A program made the position numbers and the translations under genes. A DNA stretch of 62,574 nt, counting the filler, from Rhabdomonas costata (taxonomy: Eukaryota), in NCBI GenBank assembly GCA_019059605.1. It is 30 parts of 30 records of this genome, joined end to end, with 100 filler letters (N's around TTAATTAATTAA, not from the genome) between each part and the next. Parts side by side here need not be neighbours in the genome. Positions count along the whole stretch, not along the records: positions 1 to 1,991 come from JAHMHO010006659.1; positions 2,092 to 4,082 come from JAHMHO010006660.1; positions 4,183 to 6,173 come from JAHMHO010006661.1; positions 6,274 to 8,264 come from JAHMHO010006662.1; positions 8,365 to 10,355 come from JAHMHO010006663.1; positions 10,456 to 12,445 come from JAHMHO010006664.1; positions 12,546 to 14,533 come from JAHMHO010006665.1; 23 more parts are not named here. One strand, 5' to 3'. A model generated the notes under the pieces. The model saw nothing but the letters and a program-made list of their open reading frames with translations. It did no database searches and had not been told where the DNA came from. Positions 1 through 13,034 of the stretch are shown here, piece by piece (the first letter of the stretch is position 1; each line of letters begins with the position of its first letter).

Positions 1-1822
1 GTTGTTGTTGGCACTCACGGTGGGCTGCCGGATTGAAAATTAAGTGCTCTGAAGCTCTATCAGAGATGGAGCTTGTAGAACAAAACGTGTGCATCGTATG
101 CGTGTATTGTATTATTACGCATGCGTGTGAATATTTGAGGTGTGTCACGGCGCGGGGGCTGTATTTTTTCTGCTTCCCGGTGCACCCCGACCGTTTTTCA
201 CGTGTGCCTATCTCATTTTAAGATCTCGACTCTCTGCCGGTATGATTGTTTTTGATTTGCTGTGATCGGAGGGGGGGGACAACCGCTCCCCCTTATTGTC
301 AATTGTACTCACGCCTTTGTACGCCTGTGCCTTCACCTGTTGTGCAACATCGCCGTGCCCCCTTAGTCAAAGAGTGCAGATCCATTCCGTTGGAAAAGTC
401 TCCGCTGAAAACCTGGCCCTGTCCGACCGGGGAGACTGCAAGAGCGGGCCAAGAAGGCGTACCGGCTTCGGGACAAATATTTGGAGGGAAGGTCTGTGTC
501 GAATCGGCCTTGTCCCTCAAAACCTAACAAAATTAACGCGCAAAAATGCTATGGCCTTTTCTATCACACATTGTCCGTAAAGAACCATTTTATAGCACAG
601 CCCGAAACGGTCCGAAGTTCTTGTGCCCCCCATCGTGCCAGCACGCGCTTGGTTGCAAGAACCGTTCTGCAGGGGATCAAAAATCCGAGGAATGAATGCG
701 AGAAGCGCCAATCCTAATTTTATTAGTTGCCGCCGGTGTCGTCGAAACGTTTGCTTTGTAGTTTTTGGGACTCCATGTTCCCAAAACGTGCCTTTGTTTG
801 CACTTCTTTTTGTTCCTTTTTCTCCTCCTTTTGAGCAAAAAAAACCACCAAGTTGACCACACATACTTCTGGCTCCTGGGCGACGCCCCAACCTTTTACA
901 CCAAGCCCATATTCCGGCGGCGCGCCGGGAGACCCCGATTAATACGGATGGCGCCCCATCCCGGCGGTACCATCGTACCTTGCCCCCGTGACCAGCGGTA
1001 GCCCCTTAAATCTCGCTCCCTTTGTCGGTAGGTGTTGCGGGGGATTTTTCGTACGGGAATCCGCCACCAGACCGCTTAGCGGGTGCAACCACGGCGGTGT
1101 GCAACATCTTGACTCACCTTGAGCGCCCGGCATTAAAAAAAAAGGCAACCGCGAACATAAACGGGGGAAGCTTGTTGTATCGGGTGACGCCCCATCCGTC
1201 TTTGGATCCTTGGCCGGGAACCAGCACGACGGCGCAAGTCAAGGACGCAAAGGGCCCAAACAGAAGGGGTGTAAAATGGGCGGATGCCACTGTTTGATAT
1301 CAAGATTCTCGTGCCAGGGATGGTGGCCGCCAACCCGCTAAGTATACGCCCCGCTTCGGCGAGCGGTCCGCGCAAATTGGGGCCGCAAATGCCGCCATGA
1401 AAACCCGCTGCTAAGGTCCTGTCCCGTTTACCGGTGGATACTCGGTGACGCGTTGCCTGCTGGCTAAAACGACGGGAAACAACTGACCATTTTGGCCGTT
1501 TGCCCGGGTTCACGGCAGCGGAAGCACAGAAGCACAAAAGGGCCGAATCTAAGAGGGGGGGCTTCTAGGAGGCGCGCAGGCGTTGAGCCCGTTTTTTTTG
1601 CCTTCGAGCCCGGTGCCCTGATTTGCAAAATGTCCCCCGCACCCAAAATCACCCACATGTGTAAGTTTAATAAATATTTAATTAAATAATTGAGCTCCAG
1701 TTTGTGCACTTAATATTCGATATATTTTTTGCTATACTTAGCTCATGTATTCGATATACAGGTATGTTATACCATTGAAGAAGAAAAAAAGTATAGGCGC
1801 TCGTTGTATTTGGCTCGCAGTA

Positions 1823-1978
1823 TACAACATTAGCTTGTAACACTATTAATCGCCATTTCTTTTTAGGATCTAATATGGGTTAATATACCTATTTCATTCC
1901 GGGATGAAATAGGTATATTAACCCATATTAGATCCTAAAAAGAAATGGCGATTAATAGTGTTACAAGCTAATGTTGTA
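1823..1978. repeat. Perfect inverted repeat (75-bp arms, 6-nt loop) at a contig end; probable amplification fold-back
   Basis: 1823-1897 is the reverse complement of 1904-1978, with loop TCCGGG. It ends at the C/A-only contig tail. Confidence 0.9.
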
Positions 1979-1991
1979 CACCCCCACCCCC

Positions 1992-2091
1992 NNNNNNNNN
2001 NNNNNNNNNNNNNNNNNNNNNNNNNNNNNNNNNNNTTAATTAATTAANNNNNNNNNNNNNNNNNNNNNNNNNNNNNNNNNNNNNNNNNNNN
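1992..2091. other. Artificial contig spacer (N-run + TTAATTAATTAA + N-run); first of 29, recurring about every 2.09 kb
   Basis: An identical 12-mer with stops in all six frames sits between N-runs, for example at 4083, 6173, 8265 and on to 60487. The contigs are all about 1.99 kb long. Confidence 0.98.
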
Positions 2092-2247
2092 TTTGTTGTT
2101 TATTTATATTGGTCTCGACCCCAACTCGGCCATCACACGGTTCGCATCATTGCATAATAAGATCATAAGATCATGAGAAAGTCATTGCACTGCATCGCAT
2201 TGCCGGAAAACCGGACATGCACGGACAGGACAGTTGTTACCGGGCAG

Positions 2248-3738
2248 CTGATTCCCTCGTTCGTGGTGCTTGGGGTGGTCTGCTCAACCTTCTGCCGCCT
2301 CCGGCGTGTCCGCGAGACCCTGGGGCAGCGCACCGCGGATTGCAGCGGGCTGCGGGAGCAGATCTCCGTCCTTCACGAGGAGCTGGAGGGATTGCGGGAG
2401 AAATCCAGCTGTGTAGCGGAGTTGGCCCATGAGGCGTGTGAGAGGGGGTGGGATTTTTAATGGGGTGGTCACACATCTTTTTCAATTTCCTGGAGACCTT
2501 TGTGGAGGCGATGAAAGGCGATGTTGATTTGCTGTTGATTCGGCGCTGACCGATTTTACACCACTTCCTCAATCCGCTGGGCACCGTTGCCGTCGCACAT
2601 TGTACTTTGGACTTCCTGCACCGCGCTACACCGCAGGTCCGAACCCCCCTGAACGCTCTGCTGTCGTGCTGTACCCTGTTGGGTGACACCGCTCTGACTC
2701 GGGAGCAGATGGAGTACGTCGACCTCATAATGGCATGCGGTTCGCAGATAACGAACAACGTGGACTTTGTGCTGGTATGTGCGCCTTCTTTCTTTCTCTC
2801 TTGGGGGGGGGGGGGTTCTGTTTTGTTTTGTTTACATTTTCGCTTTTACTTTTTCAGGCTGCTTTTAACCTTCACGGCTTTTTAAGCTTTTTAAGCTTGA
2901 CAGCTTAATCTCTGCAGCCAGTTCACCGCAGTGGGACACAAGAATGCAACTCCCAACACTCAGAATCACAGGTGTGTGTCCAAATTAGCAGAAGCAGAGG
3001 AATCAAAGCACACAAAAGTGATGGAAGTGGGCAGGGATGTACTTTTCGAAAGTTTGCATTACTTTTGCCCCAACACACCCTTGTTGGTGATTCCGCTAAT
3101 CAGTCGTTCAGACTTTGCTTTTCCGGGACTTCAGCCATCAGTCTTTTTCATCCGTGGGTGTCCTTCGTTATTCTGATTCTTTGTCCTGCCAATCTTGTGG
3201 CGTAGCACTCACCCTTTTCCCTTCCCTTTTCCGTTTCCTGTGTGTCCGGCGTGCGGACCTCTGTGGCTGCAATGACATTTTCTTACATGATTCCGTTTTT
3301 TTTGTGTGATATTGTCCTCTTCACTTTAAAATTGGGGAAAACAGGGAATTTTGCCTAAAACCGACCTTTTCGGACTTAATAGAGAGAAAACAGGGATGAA
3401 ATGAATTCTTGGCTAAAGTGGGAGCTTTTCGCCCCCCCATTCTTCGGTGCGCAGTTGTTTCACATCTTTTCCTGATTGGATGTCAGAAATTCTCACTTTT
3501 GATGTGAGCCGAGCAATATTTTCGATGATTGGGATTGTGCTTCTCAGGAGTACTCACGGCTGGATCAGAACCAGGTCGTGCTGGACCGAGTGCCACTCTC
3601 CATCCGAACTATTTGCCAGGACACGCTGACAATGGTGCAACACCTTGCCAGCCGCAAGGGCGTGCTTCTGGAGCTGAAGTGTCCTCAGCCTCCGGTGGTG
3701 CTGGGAGATCCTGCCCGCCTAAAGCAGGCTCTACTAAA
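2248..3738 (+). CDS. Sensor histidine kinase, partial (hydrophobic helix, coiled coil, HisKA, start of HATPase_c); 3 exons
   Basis: Exons 2248-2433, 2637-2774 and 3548-3738 splice to ...AELAHE|VRTPLNALL...DFVL|EYSRLDQ...VLGDPARLKQALL(N). This has an H-box (HEVRTPL) and the pre-N-box motif GDPxRLxQ. The first intron is GC-AG. Confidence 0.9.
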
Positions 3739-4417
3739 GTATGTCTTGATGGTTTATTATTGTACTATCCCCCCACCGGGTCACCCCACGCCTCGCACGT
3801 CCTATCCCAGATCCCGTGGAACCCGACGCATCCTCCGAGTTCAGATGCGAGGGGTCGAAAAGTCGGCACCCACCCCTATAGAGGCAAACAACCCGACGAA
3901 AAGCGTCCAAGGCAGGCGGAGATGGAGTTGCTGATGACCAGCCACTCTGGGGCCGAAACGCCAGTCACTCCAGTAACTCATTTGAGATCAGTTAGCTGCA
4001 CTGCTCAGAGTTCAACATTTTTTCCCTCAACACTCTCTGTTTCGGGGGTGGAAAACGCTCGCCTTGCTCCTGCCCACAAACANNNNNNNNNNNNNNNNNN
4101 NNNNNNNNNNNNNNNNNNNNNNNNNNTTAATTAATTAANNNNNNNNNNNNNNNNNNNNNNNNNNNNNNNNNNNNNNNNNNNNTTGTGGGTGGTGGTGTCT
4201 GTCTGTGCCTGCGGGTTGGCTGCTGGGCTGCTTGGCACCTTTCCTTTGTGTGCTTGTGGCCAGTACAGGCGTCGCCCTCGACGCGCCAGGGAGTCGTGCA
4301 TTCTAAATCACCTGCACAATACCAGCGGGGAGCACGCGAAGTGGTGCCCAAGGCCCGTGGCAAGAGCGAATCCGAGCAACATCCCCTCCACCACCCCTCA
4401 CTGCCCTGTCGTTGCAG

Positions 4418-6172
4418 GGGCCTGGCCTTGGCAGACGGAGAGATGGCGTACCTGGCCAGCGCCTTCCAGGCCCTGGGCCGCAACCCCAGCGATGTGGAGC
4501 TGATGATGTTTGCACAGATCAATTCCGAGCACTGCCGCCATAAGATCTTCAACGCTCAGTGGACCCTCGACGGCAAGCCTGAGGTGGGTGGTGCCCAGAT
4601 AAACGTGACGTCACGTCGTTGTGTGCCTGTGTTGTGTGCATGGTGGTGGTGGTGCGGAGAGAGATGCCACTACAATATAGGAGAACGTAGCTCACCTGGG
4701 GGGCAACGCAGCGGATAAGCATGGCTGCATTAGCGACTCTGCAGCATTTTGTCAGAAAAGAAATGTTAGAGTGAAGTGGAGGTGCACATCGGCCCAAAGC
4801 AGACGTGACCATTTGTATCAGCCAACGCATTAAGCATAAATAATCGAGCAAAAGTGAAAACTTGAGGGGGACCTGCTCCCTTGCAGCTTGAGTGATAAGC
4901 TGTTGTGGTCCTCGCTCAGTCTCGGAATTTGAATATTTGATGTGCTACTTTTGATTTTGCCTTTTCGGAGGGGTGGGTGACACCGATCATGGCACCGCAG
5001 AGGTGAAGCGAAAAGAGGTATGGATGGATGTGAGGGATTCTGCATGCAGGCCCTATCGCTGTTTGCGATGATTCGCAACACCCACGCCACGAGCCCCCAG
5101 GGGGTGCTCTCCGCGTACAGCGACAACGGCGCCATTCTGGAGGGCCTGCCCGGGAAAACCTTCCTCACCCTTCCCCCGTATGCTTGTGACATTGACCACA
5201 CCCACACCCACACCCCAGGTCACATCCCCCTCTTTCGAGCCGATTGTCTAAGGTGAGCGATCAGGCTGAAGGGCCCGAACATCCACGTGACACAAAAAGG
5301 TGCTGCACAAAACCGATCTTTGGGCCAAAACCCCAAAGATCCGTACGGGAGGACATATGATGATCAACTATCAAACTGACAAATGCTTGGGAAGAACTGA
5401 GATGGTTGTTGGGATGGCTCTTGCCAGCAGAGCTCGTCAGCTCCACCAACTCTGCCAGTGTTTCACTCATTTGTTATCGGATCGAGCTATTTGTCACAAA
5501 ATCACAAGACAGGTAGATAAGTGGGGGGGATTCGGATCAGGCTGTGGCACTGTGGAAAATGATGTGTTCAGATGGTTTTTTTAATCGCATTCATGGTCGC
5601 CGTTTTTGAAATAATGGGCCTGCCCTGGGCCAAGCTTTTCAAAGGTACTCTCGAACGAACGAAACAAAACCGCTTATGACGACCTGTGATAGGTTTGGCG
5701 GGTGAGGCGGGTCCGTGCCGCCGTCTGAGAGTGGAGATGTGGTAAAGTGTGGTGTTTCTTTCCGATGTTCATACGTTTGCTTACTGCGTGTTGTATTTGT
5801 TTGGATGCATGGGCGTGCATGTGCAGGCGCCTGTGTGCGGAGGGTTGGGGAATGGCAACGGTACTTTCGAGTGACATTATATGTGAGCTGAGAGAAGTGA
5901 GCTACGTCCCCTCCCATCCGCCATAAAAAAAATAGTTCCTTCGCGTGAGACAGGAAATTCCCCGAAACATTACAAAACTGATTTCGAAACAAAAGTGGGC
6001 GAGTTAAACGTTAAACGTTTCCATGGCGACACATCTCCCTCGCCCTGTGAGGGCGCAAAAGCCAAAAGGGTCTAATCCTGTGCCTCCTATGTCACCACCA
6101 GCTCTGGGGTGTACACGATGGTGGCCGAGCCCCTGCACGTGGTGTGCAAGGTGGAGACCCATAACAACCCAC
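4418..6172 (+). CDS. PFAS: Phosphoribosylformylglycinamidine synthase (large fused PurL/PFAS/Ade6), partial; 3 exons
   Basis: Exons are 4418-4583 ([22 protein letters not shown]), 5050-5177 (LFAMIRNTH...[12 protein letters not shown]) and 6102 to the contig end (KVETHN). Introns are GT-AG with consistent phases. Confidence 0.95.
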
Positions 6173-7292
6173 ANNNNNNNNNNNNNNNNNNNNNNNNNNN
6201 NNNNNNNNNNNNNNNNNTTAATTAATTAANNNNNNNNNNNNNNNNNNNNNNNNNNNNNNNNNNNNNNNNNNNNTTTTTTTGTTGTCACACTGAAATTTGC
6301 TGAACTAGTACCCACCGCTCTGTGAAAAAGACCCTTTCGTGCCCATTTCATTGTGGGGGCTCCGCTTTCCTGTGCTTCGGCGGCCTGCTTCGGCGGTGTG
6401 CCGCAGGGTGAGTGTGCATCGGTTTTCTCTCGATGTCTACCCAAAATAATGTTCCGTCTGCAACAAAAAGTATAGACTTAAACAAAACGCTCGCTTCCCT
6501 ATTCCTTTTCCTTTTTCTTCCTCATTTTTGCTGCAATTCCTCACAGCGCTGTGGCCAGTGGCAGCGCGGCCATGGGGCAAAGGTCGCGCCGTATCTCTGG
6601 AACTCGCCCCTCTGCCTCCACCGCCTCACGAACCAAGTTCGCCAGCACTGCCAGCTCAGCGTCTCAGCGGCCCAGTTCCTCCAGGCGCCCCAGCACCCGA
6701 GTCAGACCCCACAACCCTGTCACTGCCCCGGCACCAACTGCAGGCCACCCGGCCTCTTTTCCTGCCGCTGTGGCACTCTATGGGGCGCCGTGTGGCTAGC
6801 GCGTGTGTGATGGCTGGCATACTTTTATGTACAAAACTGTGCGTTGTGACATTTGTACAACAGATCCGCACGTTTTGGCGGGGAACAAATGTGGAGCCGT
6901 CACAGTCGCTGCGTTGCATAAAATGTTTGCATTCAACCCGTCCACTGTATGATTTGTGGTGGCCAGTTCGTTCGAATTCACGTCTGCACAGGGGCCACAT
7001 TTGAGCGTGACTCATCTCAACATTAACTTGCCGAGTGAGAGTTTAATGTGTTAGTGGGCGAAATTTCTCAACATCGGAAACGCTGGAACAAAGGAAATTT
7101 CGCAATTTGCAGGAAAATTGCTGGTTGGTCCGGACTGTCAAAACAACTTTGTAACTCGCCGTTTGTATTCCGCTCCTTCTACGCACCGAGGCGGTATTGT
7201 TTCCGCACGAATGAGGCGTGTGGATTCACGAGCTTCTTCTTTTTACCGCAGCACGGTGTTGTTGGTTTGTTGCGGGAAGTGCTAGCCGCAAA

Positions 7293-8241
7293 ATGGGGGG
7301 AAATGACGCGGCTGACTTTGACGCGGACGAGCTGGAGGCCCCCAGGGTCTCCGAGCCTGTCGCGGAGGTCCGCCACCCCATTCTCCCCTCTCGATCCCCA
7401 CCTTTTCGGTGACCTGTCCTCACCCACTATGAATAGTGTTTGGTTCTTCAGTATATTGTCGCTGTGCTCGGGCCACTCTTTTCTTTACTTGAATGTTCTG
7501 GTATCGTGGAGCCTTTTTTGTGCTAATTTGCTCTGTTGGTTTTTACTTTGAGCGAAAGGATGCTTTATTTTCGTACCACCGGATCCGGAAGGTCAGGAGT
7601 TCGAAACGGAAACGGAAACGGTGACGCCATCATCGAACCCCTGCAAAACCATTGAGCACTCCTGCATCACATCAATTTTTTCTGGATACGTTCCTGTGAG
7701 CTGCGTGGTGGCAGGCCCCCGTGCCGCGCAAGAGGGCCCGAGAGAAGAGGCCATGGAAGGCCCCTTTGGATGATGCCCTGATGGAGGGCGCTTACGCCGC
7801 TGAGGCCGTGCCGAAAGCCGTGGCATTCGATGACATGACGGTCAGCGCCTCCGGCAAGCCCATCCCGGTGTGTCGTGTTTGGAGGAGCGAAATAGTTTTC
7901 CCCTGAGCTGTGTATGTATACTGCATTTGTCATCTCCACATCGGGGAGCTTACGACTGATGAGCCAATTAGAGAACTGGTGCCCCACCGCTTGCCCTCTG
8001 ACAGGGCCGGTCCCATAGGCGCCTCTCAGTATGCAGTTTTTATCGCCTTCTGTCGTAGTCAAGTTGGCAAGAACGTACGATTGTTCCCTTTTCGCCTCTC
8101 CCTTTTAATTACCGGGAAGTTTGTGTGGTTCATGCATGCAAGCGTCAAAGGGTGTCCTATGTTATGAATTCTCAGCGGAAGGCGATCACCGAGGAAGAGG
8201 CTGAGGCTGCTGTGGATGACATCTTTGCCGCCCTGGACGAG
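7293..8241 (+). CDS. Multi-exon hypothetical protein, acidic and low-complexity, partial
   Basis: GC-rich phase-0 blocks at 7293-7367, 7715-7867 and 8176-8241 (RKAITEEEAEAAVDDIFAALDE) have GT donors and AG acceptors. No family recognised. Confidence 0.5.
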
Positions 8242-8364
8242 GTGCATGCCTCTCCTCCCCCACCNNNNNNNNNNNNNNNNNNNNNNNNNNNNNNNNNNNN
8301 NNNNNNNNTTAATTAATTAANNNNNNNNNNNNNNNNNNNNNNNNNNNNNNNNNNNNNNNNNNNN

Positions 8365-10121
8365 GGGGTGTTGGCCAGCTCGGCCTCCACCACCGCCAGA
8401 AGTTGCGGCTTGACGTCGGCCAGCAAGGGTACCACCTTTGGGGGTGGAAGTGAGGAGTAATTGGATGACGCTGAAACGTGCTTCTCCAGCTGCTGCGAGT
8501 GGGGATCAAACTACATCGTTTGAGATCGGCTTCCACTGACGACCTCCAGGGTGTGTGAGTAACTCAACAACTAATCGCGAGCAAGTCAATGACATTTCGA
8601 GACAGGGATTTCAGCCGCATTCCAAAGGCATAGCCATGCTTAAGTGTAAGCTCCCACCCATTCCCGATTCCCGATTCCCGACACGTAGCAGTGTTGTTTA
8701 TACCGCTATTGTGTTCACACCAGCTGCTGCCTTGACCTCCCTTGCCTTGACTTCCCTCCTCCAAAACAACAAATCGCCGGCATTTCTTGCTGTGATGCTC
8801 CGGCGCAGTCAGATGGCAAAAACCCGAAGATGACGAAAAAGTTTAGCTCATGTGCAGGCACTTTCGGTGCAACTCGGCACCGGCATTCCCGAGGAAGCCA
8901 CTTTGACAGACGATGACGGCACCGTGACGGTAAGGCGCGGTAAGCACAAGGGTTGACCTGAGACGGGCCATAGGTCTGCCGCAGTGCCACCAGAACTTGC
9001 ACCCCGGCCGTCTTGATGGCGGGCGGGCTCTTCTCGAACTCAGCCTTGATGAAACGGACCAGGGAGGGGACGTCCAAGGTGGGCCCCAGAAGGCCTTCCG
9101 AGATGGCCGTAGAGAGCCAAGACAGCACCACAGCATCGGCCTTGGGCGAGCGGCACGCTGCCACCATCGCCGTTAGAGAGGGAACCACAACCCGCACAGG
9201 CAGGGCCTCCACCAGAGCGCAAAGGGTGCTGGAACCCCGCCCACGCTTGGTGGTAATAACAGCACTACGCTCGGAGTTAACCAGATATGGACGATAATAA
9301 AATGGGCCCAATCAAGGCGAGTACTGCTGCGAACATACCATGCGCAATAAATGTGAGATGGTTGGAACTTTTTTAAAATCCCAAAACTGTTCAGGAGATA
9401 TCACAGATGCCTGATCACATTGTGCAGAGTTCAAAGCCCGGCGCAAATTATGGGAGAGCAGCTAAACTTTTGAGGGGGGGTGTGTGGCAGGCGTGCATCA
9501 GAAAGAACACTGAGCGAAGAGGCATGAAGCGGTGCAGATGGCAGCGGTGGAAGAATTTTTTAGAATCCTGTTGGTTTTTCAAACCATCTATACGAATTGA
9601 GGATGACATCCAACTTCGAAAAAACAATGCCAAATAAAGCGAGCAAAAAATAGTCAACACCGAGGAAAAGTACCCTCTCGTTGCTCGACGGAGAAACACA
9701 ACATAGCATATACACAGCTCTCCATCAGAAAGAGACAGGGCAACGAACGACCTGTGGCACGCGGCGCGCTGCTTGGGCTCCGCGATCTTGTCCACAACGG
9801 CCTCCAAGATGAGGGCGACACAGCCCCTGGGGAACCCCGCGCCGACCTTGGCGAGCAGGGCCTGGAACAGCTCAAAAAGTTGAAGCTGAACTTGGAAGTT
9901 GACGTCTGAGGGAAAACAGGGAACAGGGAGCAGAGGCGAGAAGACACGCAAATACAGCAGGACTGCAACCAAAGGGAAAGTATGGATAAGTGTCACCCAC
10001 GCAAATGAATCAGCAATGGACACAGCGGGACAATTGTTTTGGGTAATGTGCGGATCGATTGGGGCAGCGAAGCCAGCCAGCCTGCGGCGCGGCCGAAACG
10101 CACGGATCAGGAGGGTGCGTG
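8365..10121 (-). CDS. CKAP5: XMAP215/ch-TOG/MOR1 family microtubule polymerase, TOG domain, partial
   Basis: Exons are 9905-9752 (DVNFQV...VVDKIAEPK), 9228-8958 (SPKADAVVLSWLSTAISE...PAIKTAGVQVL...YGP) and 8435-8365 (LLADVKPQLLAVVEAELA). A probable upstream exon lies at about 10121-10074. The pattern matches TOG3 HEAT repeats. Confidence 0.88.
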
Positions 10122-11157
10122 CTGTGGAGGAGGACGGGCCAAGCAAAAAAAAGCTGAATTTTGTAGTTTAAACGTTCAATACCTATCCCCCTCCCCATTA
10201 CAGCAACCCGACATAGCCTGCAGCAATTCTCAAGCTGACTGCAGGTCAAAGGCAAAAGAAAGAGGCAAAAACAAAAATGGCAAAGAAATCCACATAACCC
10301 TGCACACACACAACACCACACACAACACCACACACACACACACACACACCCCACANNNNNNNNNNNNNNNNNNNNNNNNNNNNNNNNNNNNNNNNNNNNT
10401 TAATTAATTAANNNNNNNNNNNNNNNNNNNNNNNNNNNNNNNNNNNNNNNNNNNNTGTGGTTTGGGAACACCAAAGTTAGGGCGTTAATGGACTCTGGAG
10501 CTTCAGACTCGTTTACAAGTCAGGAGTTGTTCCAGAGATTTCGTTTGCAAAGGTACCCGTTGCAGCAGAAGCTTACAGTGAGCGTTGCGAACGGGGAAGA
10601 TGCAACTAAAAACAAGAGCTGCGCCGCTAGGATAGGGCCAAACAGCTTTTCAGGGTGTGAGTGAGTAACAGTTCACACAATTGACAAAGGGGAGGCACAG
10701 CCGAACAGGGCGCGACAAGGACAAGGACCATTCAGTAAGCAGAAACAAAAGCTCCGTTTCTGTTGTGCAACCAACCGGCGCGAACGTTGAAGGGAGTGAA
10801 TGGATGGAGAGCACGACAAGTGAGGCAGCTCCTCCTTCCGGTATTCTGTTTTTTTTTTACGGATGAGACACAATTTAAGACGGACAATCAAAGCTGCCAG
10901 CCGGCCCACTCGCTCCACATAGGTGAAAGTGATTCCAGCATAGCTGTCCCAAAGAAAATGCGAGTGCCGGGCATTACTTCATTACCAGTCCTCCCAAACC
11001 TAGCAACACGCTGGCTTTACACAAAAAAAACAAAGGACAATCTGTTCACTGAGATGCGGAGACGTGCAACAAAGGGGAAACGAGTAAGCCGGTGGCAGAG
11101 AGAGCTGACAAGCACATACGAATCGGGCCCTGGAAAGGTCACGAGGAAAGGGTACAC

Positions 11158-11433
11158 GTCAGAAGTCGCAGCCCCGTAGGAACTCGTCATGGCAGTCATC
11201 GACGCCAAAGTTGCTGACTCGGTTGTGGTTGTGGTTGCGGGGGTTGTGGTTTCGTTTGTTGTTGTAATCGGGGTGAACACCACGGAGGTTACCACGCTGT
11301 TCCCCACGGCATTGGACTTCAGGACGGCCTGCTGCACGGCGGCCATTCCAGCCGAAGCTACCGCGGCATTCGCCCCCATCACGAAGAACGACACGATCAC
11401 GGAGCCGCATTCAAAGCGGGTAATCACTATGGC
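11158..11433 (-). CDS. Exon of a probable surface protein (SEA-like GSVIV strand followed by a Thr-rich mucin-like stalk)
   Basis: AG/GT-bounded exon encoding AIVITRFECGSVIVSFFV...TPITTTNETTTPATTTTTES. Confidence 0.55.
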
Positions 11434-13034
11434 CTGAGGCCAAGGAGAGCGATAACACAGCGGTTGAACGTGCATCTCATCCAGATAGGCACATAACGAG
11501 ACTGGTCAGGTAAAGACCACCCTTGAGGAGGATATGTGCATATCAGTGATCGGTGAAAATTCGAAACCACCGGGCACACAGCAAGTTAAGCTGGTCCTCT
11601 AATAGTGAAAACAGGGATAAAGAACAGCGTGCATCAAACCACTGCTGCGGTACATCGAAACTGACGGTCTTTAATGTGCTCAAAATGAATTTCAGCACTA
11701 TGCACCCTAAAAGGATGGAAGGCATGGCGATTACGTCCAAAAAAATCGCCGCCCTCTCGTGTAAAATTCGTTTCCAGTTACAATTCTGTGTGTTAGCGTG
11801 CGAGTTACCTGGTAAATTTAGCGACTTTCCAAATTCAGCACTTCTGCTTACAGCAACCTCAACTCAACAAGTCAGAAGTCAGAAGTTGTTCCGGCGGGTC
11901 AGGGTAACTATGACAGTGATGACGATTTTGCAGCTAGTGTAACAAATTTGGTTGTGCTGAATGGACTGTAACCACCTAACCACCCGAACGCTCTCCACGA
12001 AAACTGGTGAACTGGCATCCTTCCCGAGAATAAATCTGTCCACTTCGTCCACCAAAGCCAGCAACGACAATAATCCGTAATTGCACAATGCAACAAGGAC
12101 AAACGTTTAGCAGTGTTAACGTTTACCGATCCTTCCCCACACGGTAATACAATTGACCCATATCAGTGGGGCCAGCAATATGAGAGCAAACTCTAACGGA
12201 CAGAGGCGCACTACACACGACACACTAGCAATCACAAAGCACCTGCGTCGGAACCCCGCTGGCGTCACTTAGGCTCTGCTTGACTTGCTCCCGGGTGACC
12301 GTGGCGCAGTCCTAAGTGCACCACACTCCTCCCCAAAAAACCAATGACCTCGGACGACAGACTTGGCCTCATCGTCAGAATTTCTCTCTGCCAAGCCCGA
12401 CAGGTTGCTGGTCGTGCAGCCAGGAGAGTGTGCGTCAACACACACNNNNNNNNNNNNNNNNNNNNNNNNNNNNNNNNNNNNNNNNNNNNTTAATTAATTA
12501 ANNNNNNNNNNNNNNNNNNNNNNNNNNNNNNNNNNNNNNNNNNNNGGTTTGGGGGGAGGAAGGTGTCATGGTGTGTTTGTGTTGGAGGTTGGGGCTGTCA
12601 GGATGTCGTTGGGTGTGTTTGTTGCTGTGGTAAGTTATCATAGGCCGAAATTCACAAACGTTAATGTTCAGCTGCTTCAGACAGACACTTGGCAATTATA
12701 AACAAAGTTATGTAATACAGTTTTTCAAGCGATTGCCATAAAAATTCACGAAATTGTGGCGTCGGTCATCCCGAAACTAATTCGATCCAATGTTTGTAGC
12801 ACCGAAGGGTTGCATTGAACTTTGAATTGAATTGAAACAGATTTTTTTCCATTCTAAATTTTACAGCATCACCTCCGAGGGTGAAAGTCGGGAATCCCCT
12901 GACCCCAAGGACCGGCCACGCAGCGTTTCGGGAGGCTTGCTGTATATACAAATGACCCCGGGCTGCTTCGGCTTCGCTCTCTACAGCATCGCTTTCAGAA
13001 TTATTGTGATGGGGTCCTTTCCGGGCAAAACCAG

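Noticed and set aside
1823-1978. Long perfect hairpin as a pre-miRNA, terminator or hairpin telomere
   Set aside because: It ends exactly at a primer-like contig tail, like four other inversions, so an amplification fold-back is simpler.
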